A stretch of DNA of 10,161 nt from Elusimicrobiota bacterium (GTDB lineage Bacteria; Elusimicrobiota; Elusimicrobia; Elusimicrobiales; UBA9959). The notes beneath the pieces were generated by a model. It saw only the letters and a list, made by a program, of their open reading frames with translations. It did no database searches and was not told the origin of the DNA. The stretch lies in assembly GCA_027340875.1 (NCBI GenBank), contig DAIENX010000010.1, positions 1 to 10,161 on the forward strand, written 5' to 3'. The translations under genes were made by a program, and so were the position numbers. This document shows positions 1 through 7,969 of the stretch, one piece after another; the first letter of the stretch is position 1, and each line of letters opens with the position of its first letter.

Positions 1-333
1 GAGGCAGCCGCGCAGAGCGCCCAGGTCCCCGCCTTCCCTGGCGCGGTCGACCGGGATGGCCCCCCAGTCGCGCAGGAACCGGCCGAAGGGCCAGATCGAG
101 AAAAGCTCCTTCTTGGCGATGATGTTGGGCAGGCGCACCAGCGCGAGGAAGGCCAGCAGGGCCGGCGGATCGGCGTTGGAAAGATGGTTGCAGGCGATGA
201 TCAGCGGGCCCTCCGTAGGGATCTTTTCCTGCCCTACGACGCGTATGGAATTGAAGAGCCGGAAGAAAGCCCTCAGCGCGGCGTAGACCGCCAGCAGCGG
301 CAGCGGTCTTTCCTTGTGAGGTCGGGCCGGCAT
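1..333 (-). CDS. plsC: 1-acyl-sn-glycerol-3-phosphate / lysophospholipid acyltransferase (PlsC family), 5' part only; continues beyond window start
   Basis: Not in the ORF track; translated by hand from ATG at 333-331: MPARPHKERPLPLLAVYAALRAFFRLFNSIRVVGQEKIPTEGPLIIACNHLSNADPP...IIAKKELFSIWPFGRFLRDWGAIPVDR. Contains the catalytic NH-X4-D motif plus AKKELF and GAIPVDR blocks. Starts 2 nt after the cmk stop; cmk-plsC is a common gene order. Confidence 0.9.
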   Translation of the reverse strand, partial: MPARPHKERPLPLLAVYAALRAFFRLFNSIRVVGQEKIPTEGPLIIACNHLSNADPPALLAFLALVRLPNIIAKKELFSIWPFGRFLRDWGAIPVDRAREGGDLGALRGCL

Positions 334-335
334 CG

Positions 336-1016
336 TTACTTCTTGAGGGCCTCGAAAAGGCGGACTATCTCCTCCACGACCTTCTCCCGCGGCAGCGTGG
401 TGGAATCAAGGTAATGCGCGTCGGCGGCCTTCCTGAGCGGGTTGTTGGCCCGGCCTGAATCCTGAGCGTCGCGCTTGATTATGAAAGCGAGTATCTCGGA
501 GTAATCGGCCGGCATCCCCTGGCCCATGAGCTGGCCCACGCGGCGCTTCGCGCGCGCCTCGGCGGAAGCGTCCAGGTATACCTTGAGCTCGGCGTCGGGA
601 AAGACGTTGGTGCCGATGTCCCTGCCCTCCATCACCACGCCGCCGGAGAGGCCCGCCGTGCGCTGCATCTCCTTCATGAAGGCCCGCACGCCGGCGAGCC
701 TGGCTATGGCCGAGGAGGCGCGGCTTACGCGCTCCTCGGAAAGCTCCAGAACGAGCACGCGGCCGTCCAGCGAGACGTCGGCCTCGGGGCCGGAACCCCT
801 CGGGAAAGCCCAGCTCACCGAGTTGGCGAGGCCTACCAGCCCGACGTCGTCCTCCCGGTCCCGGCCGAGCTCCAGGGCCTTCCAGGCAAGCGCGCGGTAC
901 ATCTTGCCCGTGCTTATGAAACGGTAGCCCAGGCGGCCGGCGACCAGCTTGCCCACGGTGGACTTACCTACTCCGGCGGGGCCGTCTATGGCTATTACGA
1001 TGCCTTCTGGACGCAT
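336..1016 (-). CDS. cmk: cytidylate kinase
   Basis: IAIDGPAGVGKST P-loop, TGxMYR, VVMEGRDIGTNVFPDAELKVYLDASAEARAKRR and RDAQDSGRANNPL motifs. Start moved to ATG 1016-1014 (MRPEGIVIAIDG), which overlaps the upstream TGA (TGATG). The ORF-track extension to 1091 lies inside the upstream gene. Confidence 0.95.
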   Translation of the reverse strand: MRPEGIVIAIDGPAGVGKSTVGKLVAGRLGYRFISTGKMYRALAWKALELGRDREDDVGLVGLANSVSWAFPRGSGPEADVSLDGRVLVLELSEERVSRASSAIARLAGVRAFMKEMQRTAGLSGGVVMEGRDIGTNVFPDAELKVYLDASAEARAKRRVGQLMGQGMPADYSEILAFIIKRDAQDSGRANNPLRKAADAHYLDSTTLPREKVVEEIVRLFEALKK

Positions 1017-1735
1017 CACTTCCCCGCCGCCACCTTCTTGGGGATATTGGCTTCGTTGTCCATGCCCATCTTGCGCAGCGGCCGCACCCACTTGGTGAAG
1101 TTGGAAGGCTTCAGAGAATACTCGTGCACCAGGCGCACCACCTCGCTTATCGGCTGGTAGTTCTCCCAGTTCAACCGCAGGATGCGCACGCCAGCGTCCT
1201 CCATCTCCTCGATGAACTCGTAGTAGTTCTCCTGGAGGCTCTTCAGGTAATAGGGGTCTATGGCCTTCTCCATGTTACGCCCGCGCGACTTGATGCGCGC
1301 TATAGAGGTCTCGACGCGGCAGTCGAGGAAGATCATCAGCTGCGGGAACACCAGCTCGCGCAGCACCATGTTGTCGAAGAGGTCCAGGTAGGTGTTGTAG
1401 TCCATGTCCGAGATGAACTTCTCCGGGTGGCGGTTCAGCATACGCGCGAAGATCGTGTCCTCCCAGATCGTGCGGTCCTGCACGACGCCACGGATCTTTC
1501 CCAGGCTGATGCGGCTGACGAACTCACGGTGCTGGCGGAAGCGGTGGTTGAGCAGCCAGACCTGCATGATCGTACCGAACTTCTTCATGTCCTTGTAGAA
1601 GTGCTCGAGGTAGGGATTCCCCCCCACTTCCTCGAGCACGGGCTCGAAGTTGAGCGCCTTGGCCAGCTCCATCGTCAACGTGGACTTCCCGACGCCGATG
1701 ATACCCGCTATGCCGATGTAGCCTTCTGCGAACAT
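1016..1735 (-). CDS. deoxynucleoside kinase (dAK/dCK/dGK family)
   Basis: N-terminal P-loop IAGIIGVGKSTL, EEV...NPYLEHFY, QDRTIWED (DRS/ERS motif) and LID RIKSRGRxME. GGAGG lies 4 nt upstream of the ATG. Substrate specificity cannot be assigned by eye. Confidence 0.9.
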   Translation of the reverse strand: MFAEGYIGIAGIIGVGKSTLTMELAKALNFEPVLEEVGGNPYLEHFYKDMKKFGTIMQVWLLNHRFRQHREFVSRISLGKIRGVVQDRTIWEDTIFARMLNRHPEKFISDMDYNTYLDLFDNMVLRELVFPQLMIFLDCRVETSIARIKSRGRNMEKAIDPYYLKSLQENYYEFIEEMEDAGVRILRLNWENYQPISEVVRLVHEYSLKPSNFTKWVRPLRKMGMDNEANIPKKVAAGK

Positions 1736-1773
1736 GTTGCCTCCCGAGATCCCCTTTTAAATTTCTTCCCGCC

Positions 1774-2862
1774 TCAGCTCTTCGTCGGAACGTCCTGCTC
1801 TATGCCCTTCACGGCCAGCAGCACGTCGTCCGGGTTGGACGCGGCCTGCAGGATGTCCTCCAGCTTGGCCATGCCTTCCTTGTGCATCTTCACCAGCGAC
1901 TGGTTGAAGGTCTGCATGCCGTAGAAGCCGCCCTTCGCGATGGCCTGCACCACGGCGTCCAGCGTATTGTCGGCGATCATCTTCTTGACGTGCGGCGTGT
2001 TCGTCATGATCTCCACCGCCGGCAGGCGGCCGCCCTTGGTGCAGGGCAGCAGGCGCTGCGAGACGATGCCGCGCAGGCTCTCCGAGAGCTGCATGCGCAC
2101 CTGCGCCTGCTGGTAGGGCGGGAACAGGTCGATGATGCGGGAAATGGTCTGCACGGCGTTCATCGTGTGCAGCGTGCCGAACACCAGGTGGCCGGTCTCG
2201 GCGGCGGTGATCGCGGCCTGGGTAGTCTCGAGGTCGCGCATTTCGCCGACCAGGATGATGTCCGGGTCCTGGCGCATCGCCGCGCGCAGCGCGTCGACGA
2301 AGCTGGTGGTGTCGGAGCCGAGCTCGCGCTGGCTGATGATGCACTTCTTCTCGGAGAACGAGAACTCTATCGGGTCCTCGATCGTGATGATGTGCGAGTC
2401 CCAGTTCTGGTTGAGGTACTCTATCATCGCGGCCAGCGTCGAGGTCTTGCCGGAGCCGGTTATGCCGGTCACCAGCACCAGGCCGCGCTCGTTCTGCAGT
2501 ATCTTCTTGATCGAATCCTGCGGCAGGCGCAGCTCCTCGAACGTAGGGATCTTCAACGGGATGTGGCGGATGGCCACGCCGATCTTGCCCTTGTGCATGA
2601 AGACGTTGAAGCGGAAACGGCCCAGCTCGCCGCCGTCGTGCGAGAAGTCGCACTCGCGCTTCTCCTCGAAGATCTTCTTCAGGCGCGGCGTCATCAGCGG
2701 GAAGACCAGGTTCTCCACCTGGGCCTCGGTCATGTGCGAGGAGTTTATCGGGGTGATCGCGCCGTGGATGCGCAGGAAGACCTGCGAGTCGCCGCGGATA
2801 TGGGTGTCAGAAGCCTTGTTCTGCACCATCACTTTAAGCAGCAGGTTAAGGTCTATTGCCAT
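1774..2862 (-). CDS. pilT: PilT/PilU-family type IV pilus retraction ATPase
   Basis: Walker A GITGSGKT, Asp box TIEDPIE, Walker B RQDPDIILVGEMRD, His box AETGHLVFGTLH and C-terminal GMQTFNQSL. At 362 aa it lacks a PilB N-domain. RBS GGAGGG upstream. The AIRNLIRE position reads HVKKMIAD, so PilT versus PilU-like is uncertain. Confidence 0.88.
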   Translation of the reverse strand: MAIDLNLLLKVMVQNKASDTHIRGDSQVFLRIHGAITPINSSHMTEAQVENLVFPLMTPRLKKIFEEKRECDFSHDGGELGRFRFNVFMHKGKIGVAIRHIPLKIPTFEELRLPQDSIKKILQNERGLVLVTGITGSGKTSTLAAMIEYLNQNWDSHIITIEDPIEFSFSEKKCIISQRELGSDTTSFVDALRAAMRQDPDIILVGEMRDLETTQAAITAAETGHLVFGTLHTMNAVQTISRIIDLFPPYQQAQVRMQLSESLRGIVSQRLLPCTKGGRLPAVEIMTNTPHVKKMIADNTLDAVVQAIAKGGFYGMQTFNQSLVKMHKEGMAKLEDILQAASNPDDVLLAVKGIEQDVPTKS

Positions 2863-2878
2863 GCTCCCTCCGTGAGGC

Positions 2879-4027
<1,149 letters not shown>

Positions 4028-4041
4028 AGTTTCGGAAGAGC

Positions 4042-5274
4042 TCAGAAGAGGTCCTTCACCCAGCGCCAGAACTTCTTCTGCACGTTGCCGCCGCGGACCG
4101 GCGCGGAGACGTCGGCGGTCCAGTTCTTCAGGTAGGGATAGCAGACCAGGCCGAGCGCCCCGGCGTATTCCTGCGTCATGTACTCCTCGGGGCACTGCAG
4201 GATCTCCTGGGCCGGCAGGCCGAGCCTGGACTGGTTCAGGTCCAGCATCACCTCGGCCGCCTCGGGCATGCCCCTGAGCAGCGAGGCGCCGCCGGTCAGT
4301 ATGGCACCGCCGGGCAGGTCGGGATAGCTGGAGGACTGCACCGCCTGGCTCACCTTCTCGAAGATCTCCTCGGCGCGGGGCTGGATGTAGTCCAGCAGCT
4401 CGCGCGGCTTGACCTCCTTCTTGGTGCGGCCGTCGAGCTTGGTTATAACGATCGGCTTGTCGTCCTCGAGTATCTTCGAGAGGACCGCGCCGTGGCGCTC
4501 CTTGATCTCCTGGGCCGACTCGATCTTGGTGCCCAGGCCGTAAGCGATGTCGCGGGTGATGCTGTCCCCGCCCAGCGGGATCTCCCTGGAAAAGTGGATG
4601 CCGCCCTCGGAGTAGACGGCTATGGAGGTGGTCTGGCCGCCCGCGTCGATCAGGATGCAGCCGAGCTCCTTCTCCTCCTCGGAGACCACGAGCTCGCCCA
4701 CCGCCAGCAGCGTGTAGATCGGCGCCACCACGCGGAAGCCGCCCTTCGAGACCGACTTGACCAGGTTGTTGATGGCGGGGCTGGAGGCGGTGATGATGTG
4801 CACGCCCACCTCTAGCAGCGCCCCTTCCATGCCGATAGGGTTGGGCACGCCGCGCTGCCGGTCGAGCGAGAACCCCTGCGGTATCACGTGCAGTATCTCG
4901 CGGTCCGGGGAGAGCTGGAAAGCCTTGGCGGTCTCGATGACGCTGGAGACGTCCTCGCTGGTTATCTCCTTGTCGGTCCTGGCGATATTGTAGGCGCCCT
5001 TGCTGTCGAAAGCCTGGATATGCGCGCCGCGCACGCCCAGATAGACCTCGCCTACCACCTCGTTGGCCTTGCTCTCGGCCGCGTCCATCACCCGCTCGAC
5101 CGCGCTGGCGGCCTCCTCGATATTCACCACGACGCCGCCCTTCAGGCCGCGGCAGGGCACGGAGGCCGCCGCCAGGACCTTCAGCTTGTTGTGCTCGTCG
5201 TCGCGCTCGGCTATAACGCAGGTTACTTTGCCGGAGCCCATGTCAAGCCCGGCGATGATCTCGGATTTTCCCAT
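4042..5274 (-). CDS. ftsA: cell division protein FtsA
   Basis: GLDMGSGKV phosphate-1 loop, GLKGGVVVNIEE, REILHVIPQ, LIDAGGQTT, ILTGGASLLRG and a C-terminal amphipathic membrane anchor KKFWRWVKDLF. Lies directly upstream of ftsZ. Confidence 0.96.
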   Translation of the reverse strand: MGKSEIIAGLDMGSGKVTCVIAERDDEHNKLKVLAAASVPCRGLKGGVVVNIEEAASAVERVMDAAESKANEVVGEVYLGVRGAHIQAFDSKGAYNIARTDKEITSEDVSSVIETAKAFQLSPDREILHVIPQGFSLDRQRGVPNPIGMEGALLEVGVHIITASSPAINNLVKSVSKGGFRVVAPIYTLLAVGELVVSEEEKELGCILIDAGGQTTSIAVYSEGGIHFSREIPLGGDSITRDIAYGLGTKIESAQEIKERHGAVLSKILEDDKPIVITKLDGRTKKEVKPRELLDYIQPRAEEIFEKVSQAVQSSSYPDLPGGAILTGGASLLRGMPEAAEVMLDLNQSRLGLPAQEILQCPEEYMTQEYAGALGLVCYPYLKNWTADVSAPVRGGNVQKKFWRWVKDLF

Positions 5275-5328
5275 ACGATGCTCCCTGCAACCGCTATTCT
5301 GACGCAGGCGCCGGCGGAGGCCGGCCGT

Positions 5329-6138
5329 TCAGGACTTCTTTCCCGACTTCACTGCGGAAACGAAAATTTTCCCCTCCTGGAAGTTCCTCAGGTCCGCGCG
5401 CAGCGGACCGCGGCTCTTGGAGAGGGCGACCTTCATCACTTCGTTCAATCTTAATATTTTTAACTTGGTGAATTCAAATCCGCCCCACAGCACCTCGGAG
5501 CCGTCCTCCAGCGACAGCGTGCAGTCCCAGGAGCGGCCGTCGCAGCGAAGGGAGGCCGGGGCGGAGTAGAGCAGGCCGGAAAGAGGGACGAAAGCGGACA
5601 GGAAAGAGGCCAGCTCCGGCGCCTTGCCGGGGGCATGGGATAGTTCGACCGGGAAGGCCGGCGGCTGTCCACCCGAAAGGTCCTCCCGAACCATCCTGCC
5701 GGTCACACCCAGGTAGGCGGTGGTCCCGTCGGCCAGGATGGGCGCGACGGTCTTCTCCGGCACCGCGCTGACGCTTACGCGCCCGGTGATGAAATTCCTG
5801 AATATCCGGACCTCCGCGATGCCGGGATGCAGCTGGCGGATGCGGCCGGAGAGGTCCGCAGCCTCCCTCCCCGTGAGGGTGCCGGAAGCGGCATCGGAAA
5901 CGAGCTCTTTGATGGAAGGATACGCTTCGGATGAGGGGCAGAGGATCTCGAACGACTTGGGCTTGAACGCGAAAAAGCGGCCGTTGAAGAGCCTGCCTGA
6001 CTGCCTTACGGCTGCGGCCGAGCCCCAGGCCAGCAGCAGCAGTCCCAGCACGGTGCCGGCGGCAACCCCGCCTCGCCTCAAAAGCCTGTTTCTGACCTTG
6101 CCGCGCACGCGGACCCTGAACCTGCGCTTTGTCGCCAT
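5329..6138 (-). CDS. ftsQ: divergent FtsQ/DivIB-like bitopic cell division protein
   Basis: Basic cytoplasmic N-tail, a single hydrophobic helix (VAAGTVLGLLLLAWGSAAAV), a POTRA-like segment (HPGIAEVRIFRNFITGRVSVSAVPE) and C-terminal ADLRNF resembling the FtsQ xDLRx motif. 269 aa, directly upstream of ftsA-ftsZ. Confidence 0.7.
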   Translation of the reverse strand: MATKRRFRVRVRGKVRNRLLRRGGVAAGTVLGLLLLAWGSAAAVRQSGRLFNGRFFAFKPKSFEILCPSSEAYPSIKELVSDAASGTLTGREAADLSGRIRQLHPGIAEVRIFRNFITGRVSVSAVPEKTVAPILADGTTAYLGVTGRMVREDLSGGQPPAFPVELSHAPGKAPELASFLSAFVPLSGLLYSAPASLRCDGRSWDCTLSLEDGSEVLWGGFEFTKLKILRLNEVMKVALSKSRGPLRADLRNFQEGKIFVSAVKSGKKS

Positions 6139-6146
6139 CGCGCTAT

Positions 6147-6175
6147 ATTATAGCCCTAATTTTTGCCACAAGCAA
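6147..6175 (-). promoter_or_regulatory. sigma70-type promoter for ftsQ-ftsA-ftsZ operon (proximal; near-leaderless)
   Basis: Minus strand reads TTGCTT (6175-6170), 17 nt, TATAAT (6152-6147), then 8 nt to the ftsQ ATG (6138). No SD. Confidence 0.7.
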
Positions 6176-6181
6176 AAATTA
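6150..6181. repeat. 32-bp direct repeat copy 1 with internal perfect palindrome
   Basis: ATAGCCCTAATTTTTGCCACAAGCAAAAATTA. Arms TAATTTTTGC (6157-6166) and GCAAAAATTA (6172-6181) surround the asymmetric spacer CACAA. Confidence 0.97.
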
Positions 6182-6322
6182 TCCGCAGGACGGCCGAGCC
6201 GGCGCTGTGCGCCGCGCGCAGGCCGCTTGATGGCCATAGGCCCTGTTGCGGCACGCGCATAGCGCAGGCCGGGGCGTATCCCCGGCGCAGCCGGCCGGAG
6301 CTTCGCGACGGAAGCGGAGCGC

Positions 6323-6351
6323 AGGATAGCCCTAATTTTTGCCACAAGCAA
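6323..6351 (-). promoter_or_regulatory. possible distal sigma70-type promoter (second repeat copy) facing ftsQ
   Basis: Minus strand reads TTGCTT (6351-6346), 17 nt, TATCCT (6328-6323). The -10 is a 4/6 match that keeps TA---T. Confidence 0.4.
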
Positions 6352-6357
6352 AAATTA
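6326..6357. repeat. 32-bp direct repeat copy 2 with internal perfect palindrome
   Basis: Identical to 6150-6181, same orientation, 176-bp period. Similarity continues as [T/C]CCGC..AGGAC. Confidence 0.97.
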
Positions 6358-6401
6358 CCCGCTGAGGACTTGGGCGGACGGTCTCCGGCGGCCGCATTAT
6401 T

Positions 6402-6410
6402 TGCTATAAT
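6402..6410 (+). promoter_or_regulatory. extended -10 promoter for tRNA-Lys (and probably the two-component genes)
   Basis: TGcTATAAT, a perfect TGn-TATAAT, ending 21 nt before the tRNA 5' end. No good -35. Confidence 0.7.
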
Positions 6411-6431
6411 TCCTTGGCAGCATGGAGTAAG

Positions 6432-6503
6432 GCGCCCGTAGCTCAGTGGTAGAGCATCCGCCTTTTAAGCGGGTGGCCGCGCGTTCGAATCGCGCCGGGC
6501 GCA
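6432..6503 (+). tRNA. tRNA-Lys (anticodon TTT), CCA not encoded
   Basis: Acceptor stem GCGCCCG/CGGGCGC; D-arm GCTC-AGTGGTA-GAGC; anticodon arm TCCGC-CT TTT AA-GCGGG (anticodon 6464-6466); T-arm GCGCG-TTCGAAT-CGCGC. Discriminator A6503 is followed by CTCCA. Confidence 0.95.
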
Positions 6504-6553
6504 CTCCAATGCGCAGAAGCCTCTGCCGCGGCCCGCGGAAGCCTCCCGCCACC

Positions 6554-7960
6554 ATGGGCATACGTACCAAGCTGATAATATTCCTCCTGGCCCTCCTGAC
6601 CGGCATCTCCGGGCTTACGGCCTTCCTGTTCATCAAGAGCGAGCTGGCGTCCATCTCGTCCAACAGCCAGCGCAAGAACATGCAGATACTCCTGGCGCTG
6701 TCCGAGGTCTGCCAGGAGATGCGCGGCACTCCGGGGAAGTCCTCGGCGTACAGGTATTTCAAGACCTTCCTGAAGACGCCGGAGATCATCCGCGTCTCCT
6801 GCGAGGCGGCCGGCGGCAGGGTGTTCATGAAGGACGACTACTATTCGCCGGCCCCGGAGCCGTCGCAGCGTTACTTCAAGACCTTCCCCCCTCCCAGGAT
6901 CGGCACATGGGAGACCCATGTGGAGAACGGGGTCGAGGTGCTCAAGGCGTCCCTGGGGTCGCGCGTACAGAACGCCAGCATAACGACCCGCGTGGACTTC
7001 TCCACCAGGCTGATCTATCAGGAGATGGAGTCCTCGCTGCGCCAGTCCTCCGCCAACTTCTTCATAATCCTCGCCCTCTCTTTCGCGATAGGCTGCATAG
7101 GCGTGCTTATCATCACAAGGGCCGTCGCCGACCCTATAAAGGCCATGGCCGAAGCGGCCCGCAGCATAGGCTCCGGCAGGCTGGACCACGAGATCCCGGT
7201 GACCGGCAGGGACGATATGGCGCGCCTGGCGTCCGAGTTCAACGAGATGGCCCGGAAACTGCGCGAATCCGACGAGATACGCCGCGACTTCGTCTCCAGC
7301 ATAACGCACGACCTCCGCTCGCCGGTGACAGGCATCGAGCTCTGCTCCGACCTCATCCTGAAGCTGGCCGAGAAGCGCGAGTACGACAGGATACCCGAGC
7401 AGGTCGTCTCGATAAACGAGCATTCCCAGCGTCTGAACCGTTTCATCGACTCGATGCTGGAGGTCTCCAGGATAGAGTCCGGCGAGATGAAGCTGGACAT
7501 CAAGCCGGTGAACCTGGAGGAGCTCGCCGACAGGGCGGTGCGCGCTTTCAGGGCCTACGCCGCGCAGAAAGGCATAAAGCTGGAACTGGTCATCGCCGAC
7601 GATCTTCCCGACACGCGCGGGGATCCCGACCGGCTCTACCAGGTGCTGGCGAACATCATAGGCAACGCGGTCAAATTCACCGCCTCCGGTTCCGTCAGCG
7701 TCTTCGTCGAGCTCTCGACCGGCGGCCAGAAGGTCAGGGTCTGCGACACCGGCCCCGGGATAGGCGCGCACGAACTCAAGAACATCTTCAGCAAGTATTA
7801 CCGCATCAGCTCCGGCAAGCGGGAGTATCCCTCGGCCCGGACGGGCACCGGCCTGGGCCTGTATATCGCCAAGTTCATAATCGAGCTGCATGGCGGCAGC
7901 ATCACGGCGGAGAGCGAGGAAGGCAAGGGCAGCGTCTTCTCCGTGTTCCTGCCTTCGTAG
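6554..7960 (+). CDS. membrane sensor histidine kinase (2 TM, HAMP, HisKA, HATPase_c)
   Basis: TM1 LIIFLLALLTGISGLTAFLFI, TM2 FFIILALSFAIGCIGVLII, HAMP (PIKAMAEAARSIGSGRL...DDMARLASEFNEM), H-box SITHDLRSP, N-box QVLANIIGNAVKF, DTGPGI and GTGLGLYI. Start is uncertain (6554 or 6509); the ORF-track start at 6446 lies inside the tRNA. Confidence 0.93.
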   Translation: MGIRTKLIIFLLALLTGISGLTAFLFIKSELASISSNSQRKNMQILLALSEVCQEMRGTPGKSSAYRYFKTFLKTPEIIRVSCEAAGGRVFMKDDYYSPAPEPSQRYFKTFPPPRIGTWETHVENGVEVLKASLGSRVQNASITTRVDFSTRLIYQEMESSLRQSSANFFIILALSFAIGCIGVLIITRAVADPIKAMAEAARSIGSGRLDHEIPVTGRDDMARLASEFNEMARKLRESDEIRRDFVSSITHDLRSPVTGIELCSDLILKLAEKREYDRIPEQVVSINEHSQRLNRFIDSMLEVSRIESGEMKLDIKPVNLEELADRAVRAFRAYAAQKGIKLELVIADDLPDTRGDPDRLYQVLANIIGNAVKFTASGSVSVFVELSTGGQKVRVCDTGPGIGAHELKNIFSKYYRISSGKREYPSARTGTGLGLYIAKFIIELHGGSITAESEEGKGSVFSVFLPS

Positions 7961-7969
7961 GAGAACGCC

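Noticed and set aside
890..925. Cmk motif STGKMYR instead of D(S/T)GA(I/M)YR
   Set aside because: All other Cmk motifs are intact and this position varies among homologues, so there are no grounds to infer altered function.
5310..5325. Hairpin GCCGGC-GGAG-GCCGGC between ftsQ and ftsA as a terminator
   Set aside because: It is a short GC stem with no U-tract on the coding strand; at most a stability or processing hairpin.
6150..6357. Mini CRISPR array (palindromic 32-bp repeats)
   Set aside because: Only two repeats are present, the 144-bp spacer is far outside the CRISPR range and is itself structured, and there are no cas genes in the window.
6148..6441. Small ORFs in the divergent intergenic region (63-92 aa)
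   Set aside because: They have no convincing RBS or domain. They run across repeats, promoters and the tRNA, and the repeated peptides merely reflect the DNA repeat.
6548..6557. Perfect eukaryotic Kozak context GCCACCATGG at the kinase start
   Set aside because: The context is plainly bacterial, and this match is expected by chance in GC-rich DNA.
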